Positions 26,187 to 36,169 of a stretch of 64,000 bases of DNA are shown piece after piece. Every line of letters starts with the position of its first letter. Positions within the stretch are counted from its first letter, which is position 1. The DNA lies in the NCBI GenBank assembly GCA_051530055.1, contig CM121343.1, forward strand, positions 1,272,389 to 1,336,388. Reading direction: 5' to 3'. The DNA is from Neoechinorhynchus agilis (Eukaryota; Animalia; Acanthocephala). Position numbers and translations under genes: made by a program. The notes beneath the pieces were generated by a model. It was not told the DNA's origin, ran no database searches, and saw only the letters and a program-made list of their open reading frames with translations.

Positions 26187-26826
26187 AAATAGGTTTATCG
26201 ATCAATAGATAGCGAGGTATTAGCACAAACGTTTTTCCCTCCACATATTTTGGAACATCACGTGTATGGTTTCCTGAATGAAAAGTAGCCAATCAGCATG
26301 CACTAATTACCTGTCCTTGTAAAAAACATCGAATTTTAATGCTAAAGTAGCTGTGAGGTATTATCAACAACTAAGTCGCTTGTTCCGAAACGAATTTTCA
26401 CGCCTCATTAGTTGTGTGTCATCAATTTTGCGGTTCAATCGACAGATAAAAATCGACCTCTTTGACACGTATCGGTATTTCAACCGTAGACTATCAATAT
26501 GTTAGTGATATCGTTTGTAACGTCTTGATAAGTGTCGAAAGCGACACAGTAAAGAATTCCCCAATCAGAATGTTGCAAGTCAGCGGGGTTTTAGTGATAT
26601 GAAATGTCATAAAATTTGCAGAAATTGCATTAGTTTTAATTTGGGATTATTTAAAAATCACCGGTCATTCGAAGCGCTGCGTCAGGTTTATAGAAACATT
26701 TTGCTGTTATGTAACTGAACTTTTTCGTACATAATCAGAAAACCTGATAAAGATAGTAAAGCCTCCAAAATCTCGACTAACCGCAGTTTCCTAATTTTAG
26801 ATAGTTTAGAGCTACAGATTTGAAGT

Positions 26827-27681
26827 ATGACGACAAGACAACCATTCGGGATAAGGGCACCACCAATCGAGGAAAGCGCACAATTCCTGCGGAACTACAT
26901 CTCTGGTCAAGCCAATAGTTTCAGTCATCCAGATCCACCAACGTTCGACATTATTCACCAAGGTCACCAAATATATAATCCCTTCGATGATGATTTTTAC
27001 CTCGATCGAGAAGTCGAAAAAATTTTGGAAAACGCAGAAGATAATACTATAAATAATTGTGCACCTCCGCCCGGCTTTGATGATTTCACTTTTATTTTCA
27101 ATGAGTCACCACCAAGCATTAATGAATTCAGTAACAATCATTCATCGATTGGAAATGCAGAATATTGCTTACCTCCACCGGGTTTTGAAAATTGCTCATT
27201 TACTTATTACGATAACGAGCCCGAAAACGAAGGATACTTCTCAACTCCACCAGGTTTCGAGAACGTGACTTTTGATTATTACGATTCACGATCAGGAATG
27301 GACGAATATGGCTCACCTCTTCTCTATTTTGAGAATCCGGCCTTTAATCACGAGGAGTCATGGAATGGAAACGAAGATTACTACGAATCGTTTCTCGATT
27401 TTCAGGAATCAACCGTTATATTTAATGAGTCGTCGTTGGAATTCGAAAAATACAGCCAGTTTTTCACTCTATTTAATGAAATCGAGTCAAAAGAACCTCA
27501 AGGTCGTTATGTACGCCCAGCGACGTGCAAGATAATAGATTTGCAAGACAGTAGCACGCAAACGGAACCGAATATCGTATCGAAACCTTGGAATGGATTG
27601 ACAACAATAAAGAATATTATTGATGCCGTTTACCAAGTGGCCGTTACGGCATTCAACTACTTCAGAAGGATATTTTTCTGA
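26827..27681 (+). CDS. Orphan 284-aa acidic, aromatic-rich protein with three P(P)PGF repeats, copy 1
   Basis: ATG-initiated uninterrupted ORF, AATAAA 22 nt after the stop. No recognisable domain. Confidence 0.55.
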   Translation: MTTRQPFGIRAPPIEESAQFLRNYISGQANSFSHPDPPTFDIIHQGHQIYNPFDDDFYLDREVEKILENAEDNTINNCAPPPGFDDFTFIFNESPPSINEFSNNHSSIGNAEYCLPPPGFENCSFTYYDNEPENEGYFSTPPGFENVTFDYYDSRSGMDEYGSPLLYFENPAFNHEESWNGNEDYYESFLDFQESTVIFNESSLEFEKYSQFFTLFNEIESKEPQGRYVRPATCKIIDLQDSSTQTEPNIVSKPWNGLTTIKNIIDAVYQVAVTAFNYFRRIFF

Positions 27682-27959
27682 CCATTCACAGTTTAGTATG
27701 TTAATAAAATGTGTTATTATTATAGTTTTGTAACTGTTCGTTAAATTAAAAACGTTTCATATTCGAACAAGGCCTTGGCTCGTTAGCATTTATACAATCA
27801 TGCAAATCCTTGGGAGCACTTGATTTTTATATCACACCATTTCTTTATTTGTGGTACCCAATCCTCCGATGTTCTAAATTTGAATGACCAAACTTCGTTG
27901 TCCTATGCGCGTAAACCTTTTCGATGAACATTCTGATATGACGCTTTCCCTTAACAGAA

Positions 27960-28345
27960 CGAGATTTTAAAATAAAATTTGTTTTAAATGAGGTGTAAGG
28001 ACTGTCAATATGCGAGGGCCACGGAACCAGAACATCCAATATTCAATTTCGAAGTGCCTGGCAAGTCTTGGAATAGACTATATGTTAACTTTACAGGTCC
28101 GCGTGATGGCGTTTCGAATTTGATAATGATTTCCTCATTAACGAAATGGGCTGAAGTGATATCAATGACAAGTATGACAGCCGAGGCAGTTATCAAGGAA
28201 ATGAGGGATGTATTCGGTCGATTAGGCATTCCCGAGAAGTTAGTATTAGCTCAAATCAATTTCGACGAATCCTGGATGGGAATAAACCCCCATCATCCAA
28301 GATCGAATGGACTTGCTGAACGCTTCGTACAAACGTTTTGGCGTG
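27960..28345 (+). mobile_element. Ty3/gypsy integrase fragment
   Basis: CKDC (HHCC half), WNRLYVNFTGP, TKWAEV, FGRLGIPEKLV, HHPRSNGLAERFVQTF, with an internal deletion. Confidence 0.8.
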
Positions 28346-28859
28346 CTTGTGTGTGTGTTTTTACTGGGTGGGTGCAGTTGTTCAATTCTCTACGTGTGTT
28401 GGCTGGCCATGCACAACATCATTAATATGTGCTCTTTCTTTTCAAATTTCTGCACGCACAAACGACTTTAACCCAAGTACTGTGGACTTTTTGTGGCCAG
28501 CAGCTGGGGCCGATGAAAGTTTTATGGATGGGAAGATCAATGCATCTTACTTGATGGTCCTCACTATTTCACTACGCGCCGCAACGTTGAGCTAATAGGC
28601 GATGGAGCGTTAAGAGTTATCCGTTCTCTGGAGGAATTTCGCTGCCTCATGGCGAACGATGATGAACTTGGATATAGGTTCCACATTGAACCAAGCTTCA
28701 GTTGCCATACGTCCGTTAAAAGAAAAGAGGAGGCTATTAAACGCATTGTCGGGTTTATATTTGACGAACGATTCAATAATAGCGTATGATTTGTGGCATG
28801 TAGTGATCGGCATAGTAGAGTCGTTAGCTGCAGGGCAACGTGACTCTACTTCATTTATG

Positions 28860-30290
28860 AGTGTGCACACGGACCTCGGTCGATTCCTCTGGGGTGATTG
28901 AATTAGTTTGCTGTAGGTCACATAGCTTAAAGCGGCTTAGCAGACACCGTGTCGCATACAAAGGTTTGAATAAACTATTTCCTGCCACTTGCCCTGCTGA
29001 TTGGGCGACTACGCGCTTAGACTTAGAAACTACTATGTCCATATTTGCCAATTACACAGCACAGAGACCTATGCGAGGCAAGAGCATGGCCAATGTGATT
29101 TTCCAGTTATGCAGTTTCAAATGTGCTAACGCTACGGTATGCGGTCTTCTGCTGGCCTCCTTATCTAGTGGGACGGTCAGACAATTTCTGGATTACTTGC
29201 TATCAAAAGGATGTTGCTGTCTATCCACAAAAGACTTAGTGACCATACTGAAGGAAGCTGGTGATGCTTGTCGACGAACGCATCGCGGGGGCATGAGCTG
29301 TCGGTACATGAGTCAGCGATATTTCCATATTGGTATATGGTATCTTCACGTGACATGAACATCTCTGACTGACCACAGGAGATTGTGAATCGGCAGACAG
29401 TGTCTGAGATCACTGACGAGGGTGACTTCCCTTTTGTGAAGTACATTGAGTTGTCTATTTCATATGATATAAAACACCTTTGTAAAAAGGTTCGAAAGTG
29501 CCCAATGGACTGGCCTACGTTTGTGGCCCAGAGAAACTGCATTGTTTCAGCTGGTAGTACCGGAGGTGTTAAAACGACAATCGACGGAAAAGACGTGTCA
29601 GCTGGCAAGAATATCTATTTTGAGAATACTCCAACAGACGAAATTCTTAGATGGATTGATGCTGAACCGGTGATAGTGGCAAACGGTTCTGAGAAATATG
29701 AACTCGGTAAAGCCAGGTCAATTTATGGAACGCAGCTTATGGATTATCTGATTATGACTTACGTTCTTATGCCTCTTGAAGTATATCTTGATACAATAGC
29801 TGGTGTGCAGCACGTTAATTCCCCACCTTTGTCCTTGATTCGGCACAATTTGCGTTTATCTGCTTCCAGCGTTTCGACTGTTACTGGCCTCATGTTAGAT
29901 TACTCGGATTTCAACATACAGCACACTTTAAGCATTCAGTCGTGTATGTATTCGATTCTATTGCCAACGCTGCATTGGCCTGCAATTGGAACAGCGAATA
30001 CACTTGAAGGCCGCCAAATGGTGTGCGAAGGCCATTCTCAACTGCTGGTGCACTGTCCCTGGCAATGGCTGCAAGGTCCGGGTACAGCAGGGCCTCGCAC
30101 AGCTTTCATAAACAGTATGTTAAACAAAGCTTACTTGGACGCAGGTATAGCTGGCACTGCTGCTCTGATACGGAGCGTCCCACCTGTTACGGCGCGGTTC
30201 CATCAAGATGATGGCGTTTGGATCTCTTCCACTGATGAGCGTTTCCTGGTTATGCTGTACCACCTTATGATCGCTGCCGGATTTAAGTTT
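28860..30290 (+). other. Endogenous viral element: totivirus-like (dsRNA virus) RdRp, pseudogenised
   Basis: Ordered motifs NISD*PQEIVNR (DWxxExxxR), WPTFVAQR...AGS, KYELGKARSIYGT, MLDYSDFNIQHT (motif A), GPRTAFINSMLNKAY (B), FHQDDGVW (degenerate C). ORFs 28861-29358 and 29385-30368. Confidence 0.85.
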
Positions 30291-30688
30291 GTTCCTCCCT
30301 ACGCCATTGCGCTCGCAGACTCCTACAATTCAAGGATCCGATTCGTACTCCTCTTCTATCTGAAATAGCTGGGCCAAATGGCTCACGGCTGTCAGCGCCA
30401 CCTGAACAGTCCGTACCCACCACGGTGATGAGCTTCAACTGACGGTTTCGCTGCCTCCGGCGACAGTTTCGCTCATTTCGACGCTCAAGTCGTCGGCGAG
30501 AGCTACGACGCCCTCGCCTTTTCCCGTTGCACTAGTGGATTTTGTTACTCCTGTTCGCTGCCGCATCACCAAGTGGAGCGGCACACCGAGCCCGCGTTGA
30601 CAGGCTACTATCAGTAGCTGTTTGGCCGCCGGAGCTGCTTCCTTTACGTGACCGACAAGAATCAGTAACATCAGGTCCGATCATCGTG

Positions 30689-30749
30689 GTGCTCTGAATG
30701 TTAAAGTGAAGAAATTAATTTAAGCGCGGGTAAACGGTGGACGTAACTA
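30689..30749 (+). rRNA. Isolated 28S rRNA fragment (region just upstream of the R2 target site)
   Basis: gtgctctgaatgttaaagtgaagaaattaatttaagcgcgggtaaacggtggacgtaacta versus the recalled conserved 28S GTGCTCTGAATGTCAAAGTGAAGAAATTCAATGAAGCGCGGGTAAACGGCGGGAGTAACTA. Not a functional gene. Confidence 0.8.
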
Positions 30750-33700
30750 AGCGAAAACCAAAGGACAATTACTTCTGCGAAAACCGAAATTTCGAGGAAC
30801 TGTTCCTTGAGGAGATTTTCTGACTGTCAGGTTTAATTCCTGTATCTCGCTATAGGTACCTGCAAGATATAACTGATAAGGGCCTGAGCTCTGCTCATTG
30901 TGTTGTTTGCCCGAGCACTGCCCTATTAACCTGCCACTCACTCGCTCCCGCAAAGAGGTTTTATTTTGGGCCAAAAGACGCAGTTTTGGGGTTTTCAATG
31001 CAGCCGGTTTCATTTCCGCCCACCCCGAGCGATTCGTTAAGGGAAATCTCAAGACGCAGTTTTTACTCGACGTCTGCCGTATTTTTGGTGACGTAATTTT
31101 AAAAATTTTACTAAAATTGTATAATTTTTGAAATTCAATCAATCTTCATTTCTCGACAATTAACACACTCACCACCTCCCGCCGAATTCCAGCTTTTCTC
31201 CTTCCTCGACCGTCGCCATCACGCTGGCAGCATTGCCCCGTTGTACTGCTAGCGAGATATTTTGTCGAAGGAATACGCCTGCTCTTGAGTCTCCGGTTGC
31301 CTCTCTCAATTTCTTCGAGAGATCCTGGAGCAGAGAGAGTGCCGAACTGCCGAGCGCTCCATACGTCTCTACCCCAAAGGGGACAAAATAGTGAGCCCTC
31401 GATAAGTGAAGATATTTCCGTATTTTCCTCCCTTCCGCTGCACTGGCGGCACCACCGGCGATTTCGAGGGAGTAGGGGATGTTGCTGGCTGCGAGGGTAT
31501 CCACACACGTGGCGTCCCAGAGAAGGCATTTGCGCTCCCGCCACGGGAAGACCGATATTCCACCGGGCCTACGGCCGTCTAGTCTACAGAGGTGGGCGGG
31601 TTCCAGGATGTTCGGGAAGTTCGCCGTTCTCAACGCCCGAGAAATTGCGTTATTGATTTCAGAATGGCGTGAGAACCTTCCTGCTGACCTTCTGCAGACG
31701 AGACCGTGTCGTCCGAAAGCATCAACCAAAGACCCACATCGACAGCGATGGGGCGTGCATATCGGGAAACCAAGTCTTAAGGATACTGCGATCTTCGTTA
31801 CCTCGTCAGTAAGAAGAGTTCCCACTGATGCCAGAGGAACAGCCTCCAACCACGCCCCAGATTCTCGTGTTGAAACTGCCAACAGTCTAGCTCTTAATTT
31901 TACGCAATTTCAAAATTTTATTTAAATTTCATTTAATTTTACTTAATTTTTCTTAATTTCTCTCCTTTTTATTATCTTTTTTTATCCAATTCAGAGTTTA
32001 TGAGTTCGTCAATAACTTGCGGAATTCCTGAGCTTTTACAGATAGAAATTTTTTATCATATCACTCCGGAAAACCCTTGGAATGTCCTATATGTTCGTTT
32101 CTAGCTGTAGGCAAAACGAAACATGGAGTCTTCCTCGAGCATATTGATAAAAATCATTCGCGTGGGCCGGTAACATGGGTCTGTCAGATTTGTAATAAAT
32201 TTCGCCACGCCGCTCCAGGAAGCGTAGGCACGCATTCTCGTAAATGCAGGGTTCAGAATGTTTTATTGCATCGGAAAATCTTAGAAGAAATTGAACCAAT
32301 CATCCATAAGAAAGCTGTCCTCGATGGGGCCGTCGTCAGATACACGGGAAACGGTTCGCCAGCCTATGCCCTTGTTGTGGCGTTCAAATTTCCGGGCTGG
32401 GCCCTAACTACCTGCTTAAGTATGTGATGGGAACGTACGATGGAAGCTTTACAAGGATACTCATGGCCAATACCAGACCTTCGAACCCTGTCAAGTTCGC
32501 GAGGGGAGTGAAACAAAAGGATCCCCTCTCCCCCTTTCTTTTTGCGCTGTGCGTGGATGAGGCCCTAAAAGAGGTTCGTAGTCTTGAACTCGGATGCTCA
32601 CTCAAAAACGACGCACGTCTATCACATATGATATACACTGACGATGTGCTTCTACTAGCGGAAGATAGCACACGCCTGCAAAGGATGATCGATTCCCTAC
32701 AAGTCAAACTGAAAGAGATAAAGTTGCAATTAAGCGCGGAAAAGTGCATGGTGTACCGACAGACTTTCAACTGCGGGAAAATGAAGGTGCATACGGACTC
32801 CGAAATGAAAGTGGACGGTGTGATACTTCGGACAATCATTGAAGGAGACCCGGTCAAATACCTAAGGGGAACCCCCTGGAAGGAAACGACGCTTGAAGAG
32901 GCACTGGTCATTTTGGACTCCCTCTTTTCTACGGTAAGTACTGCGCAGCTGACCCGCACCCAAGCAGCTCATATTCTCAATGATTACGCTCTGCCATCTC
33001 TTTTGGCTAGACTCGAAGCCTCATGGGACATATCGCCGACGAACCTTATGAAAATCGATGAGCATTGGAAGGTAAGGTTGAAGCGTCTCCTGGAGCTTCC
33101 TAGATGCGTGTGCGACGGAGCATTTTATCTACCGTTGTCGAAAGGTGGACTTGGATTTCGGTCCGTGCTTCACGAGGTCCAGACAAGGAGGTTGGGCGCC
33201 CTCAGATATGTGCTAAAAAGATACGGAGACGCCGTTGATCTTAAAAAGGAGGTCAAGCAATTGACTACACACTTCTGCAAAATGGAGACCTGCGATCTGA
33301 GTAACCTCTCTCCTAGCGGAGTGTTTCAAGAACATTGTGTCAAACTATGGAAGGGGGCTACAACGCAGGCCCAGGATTCCAATGTTTCACTGATGGCTAC
33401 TGCGACCGCTACCTCGTTTCATTCCGATACAGGCAGGATCGCCACGGCCGGTACGTGGAACAGGTGAAGCTGCGGCTTCAGCTGTTGGAGGTGGGCTCAG
33501 TGCTAAGCCGCATGGACCACCGGAGGTCAAAGGGCAGTCGGCACTGCACCGCCCCTGTGGAATCCTGTGCCCACGTCCTCAATGGGTGCGATCATGCGTC
33601 CTCTATAATAACGAGGAGGCACGACAAGGTGCAGGCACGCCTAGTGTGGTCCGTCACAAAGGGACCATCCGCTAGATTTGAACAGTTAACCGAGAATCGT

Positions 33701-34212
33701 TTTTACGATGACGCCGGCAATCTCAACAAATCGGATCCAATCTTACGAAGCAAAGCCTCCGGTGACGTGTTTATTGCGGATGTCGCCGTTTACTACGAAA
33801 CAGGTCCAGAGCGGGCCGAAGAGGTGATGCGAAGCAAGGAGAGAAAATATGCGCCGATCATTCCGGTGGTAAAAAGGCACCTAAACATCCCAACGCATAA
33901 GGTGTTCACCATCGGTCTTGCAGTGGGCTCACGAGGCACTTTCAGCCAACCCTTGCTTCGCCGCCTGAAGCTCCTGCCAGCGGGGAAACGCACGGCGCTC
34001 AATATGGCGCAAACGGCCGCCGAACAATAGATGGTAGTCTTCCACACATTCATGGGAAGACGCTGGAGGATGCGTAACGAGAGTTAAAAAGAAACAAGAG
34101 GAAATTGACACAGTTCAGCTAAATTGAATTAATAATAACGTAAAGCAAAGTAAAGACAGCAAAATGGTAATGTGTGAGTGTGTAATTCCTTTAATAATAA
34201 TAAATGAAGCCC
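30750..34212 (+). mobile_element. R2-like retrotransposon, internally deleted and frameshifted, with a nested CRE fragment
   Basis: N-terminal CCHH and CCHC fingers (32077-32250). RT (RGVKQKDPLSP, IYTDD, GGLG). CCHC (HCTAPVESCAHVLNGC), RRHDKV, (P)D...ADV...KERKY and VGSRG RLE motifs. 28S flanks on both sides. Confidence 0.85.
31151..31893 (-). mobile_element. 5'-truncated CRE copy (RLE domain only) nested in the R2 5' region
   Basis: Closely similar to 13001-13743. ORF 31169-31882. Confidence 0.9.
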
Positions 34213-34233
34213 TAGCCAAATGCCTCATCTAAT
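34213..34233 (+). rRNA. Short 28S rRNA fragment (downstream half of the R2 target site)
   Basis: tagccaaatgcctcatctaat equals the recalled TAGCCAAATGCCTCGTCATCTAAT with a 3-nt deletion, directly after the (taa)n-rich R2 3' UTR. Confidence 0.65.
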
Positions 34234-34710
34234 CAGGGTCCATAGCGACCAATTAAGACGCTTAATATCAAGCCATTCACTGATAAGCGAAGGAGAAAAC
34301 GGAATATAGGCCGGAAGCAATAGATAGAGATTTCAGGAAATGACAAAAGTATGAAAATAACGACAGCATTCATTTCTATCAAAAACAAACCAAGAAGAAA
34401 TCAACCAAATCGGAGAAAATGTGTAAACACGAAACAAACACGGCTTTCTTTTTAGACGTCGATCGAATCGTTTTGTTATCGTCAGGTACAAGTTTTCTTT
34501 TTTTAATGATAGAATTATTGAAAAAGTTAATCTTCCTTCAATTCTTATTTCGAATGTCTACGATTGATCGGAAAGCAGAAAGTACTCAAAACTATAGAAG
34601 GTTTCGAAGAATTTATATTGTAAGACTTGTAAATTTGATGATCGTTATCCAGCCCGATTTCCATCTTCATTGAATAACATGCAAGTTTAAAACTTCTTAA
34701 ACCCTTAGGC

Positions 34711-34920
34711 CGCATGTGAGGCCGACTGTAAAGTGCATGTGTCCATCGGCGGCAATGCAAGATGGGAAATACAATGCGAAACAAATGCTCGGACACGCGC
34801 TTTCGCCGACGACGGCATATGCTCCAAACATTTCATCCTAGGACAATTCGCGAAAAAAACGAAATTTGCTATGGTCACGAAGGCGTTTTACGGAAAAGGT
34901 GCTGTTGTGGAGACCAAAGA
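34711..34920 (+). pseudogene. Possible THAP-domain relic
   Basis: CEADC...W...ICSKHF...GAVV resembles the C2CH THAP signature, but the spacing is short. Confidence 0.3.
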
Positions 34921-35619
34921 GTTTTGGGAAACATCCAATGCCAAAAACTCCACAGAATATATAATGATACTTTTGTTGATTTCAACGGACGTATTGATCG
35001 GTAAATACATTTTTGTCTGAATTTAGTGGAAAACGGGGCAAGGTTTTGTATTGTTGTTTTGCTTTTAAATAAAATGGAGATAAATAAAAGAACAAAAAAA
35101 TTTTCTGAAACGCAAAAACAATAACGTTCAAATAAAATAAAACATTCTCACAAAACAAAAACTTTTCTAGGTTTTACAATTGCTTCATTCTCGCTGAAAA
35201 ATCAGTCAGCAATTTTAGTTCGGAATAAAGTTAGACGATTTCCGCATTTCAAAATATTACCGCAATTTCATGGAAAAATTGATTTCCTTCTTACTTGAAC
35301 CTGAATATCTCCTCAGCTTGAAAAGTCGAAATGCTCGAATTCATTTTCAATCACTCGAAAGAGCACATCGACGCCGTTCTAGAAAAAATGGTGAAGCGAA
35401 GCGCACACTCAATTTGTAAACACGGAAGAAACACGGTTTTCCTTTCCGGCATCGATCGAATCGTTTTGTTATCGTCAGAGAATTACCAACGTTTCGCATA
35501 ATAATAATAACACGTTTTATTAAAGCCAAAAGAATGGAACCAATGTACGACCCTTGTACCTTTGGGTCCTCATGTCCGTTCGAAACAATCAGTTTGGGAC
35601 TCACCAATGGTAGCGAGAA

Positions 35620-36160
35620 TTCATAACTCTTTAATTTCAGATTCTTGTAACCTGGTGAACCGAACTCGATTGGCGTCAGTCTCTACAAGAGAATCGGGGG
35701 CTTGGCTCAACGCTATCCCGATTGCTTCTGTGGGTACCCTTCTCTCATTGCAGTGTCCCTGAGACTTGGAGTACCGATGTGCACATCCCATCGATGCCGT
35801 TGCAAGGCGACCGTGGAACCATCGGGACGCCATTGTCTCGTCTGTCGGAAATCAGGCGCAAGGTACTCACGACACGCCGAAGTGAATGCAATTCTTAGTC
35901 GTGCCCTGAATACTGCGAATGCGCCCAACATCCTAGAGCCGAACAATTTTTGCCGACTCGATGGCCGTAGACCGGACTCTGTCACAGTATTCCCGTGGCG
36001 AGAAGGAAAATGCCTTCTCTGGGGCGCCATTCGCAGCCAGCAACATTAAATTCGCTACCATTAAACAGCAACCGCCGCTGAGGAAGGCAAAAGGACAAAG
36101 TACCGGGACCTGAGTCGAAATCATTATTTTGTTCCCTTTGGCGTCGAAACGCTCGGGTAA
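35620..36160 (+). mobile_element. Diverged CRE fragment (RLE region)
   Basis: STRESGAWLNAIP, HRCRCK...HCLVC, RHAEVN, RRPD, PFGVET. Confidence 0.8.
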
Positions 36161-36169
36161 GGGAGAAGA

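Noticed and set aside
29385-30368. Active domesticated RdRp
   Set aside because: The GDD motif is corrupted (HQDDG), there is an upstream stop and frameshift, and motifs D/E are absent.
30689-34233. Functional rDNA unit
   Set aside because: Only about 61 and 21 bp of 28S-like sequence; no 18S, 5.8S or remaining 28S.
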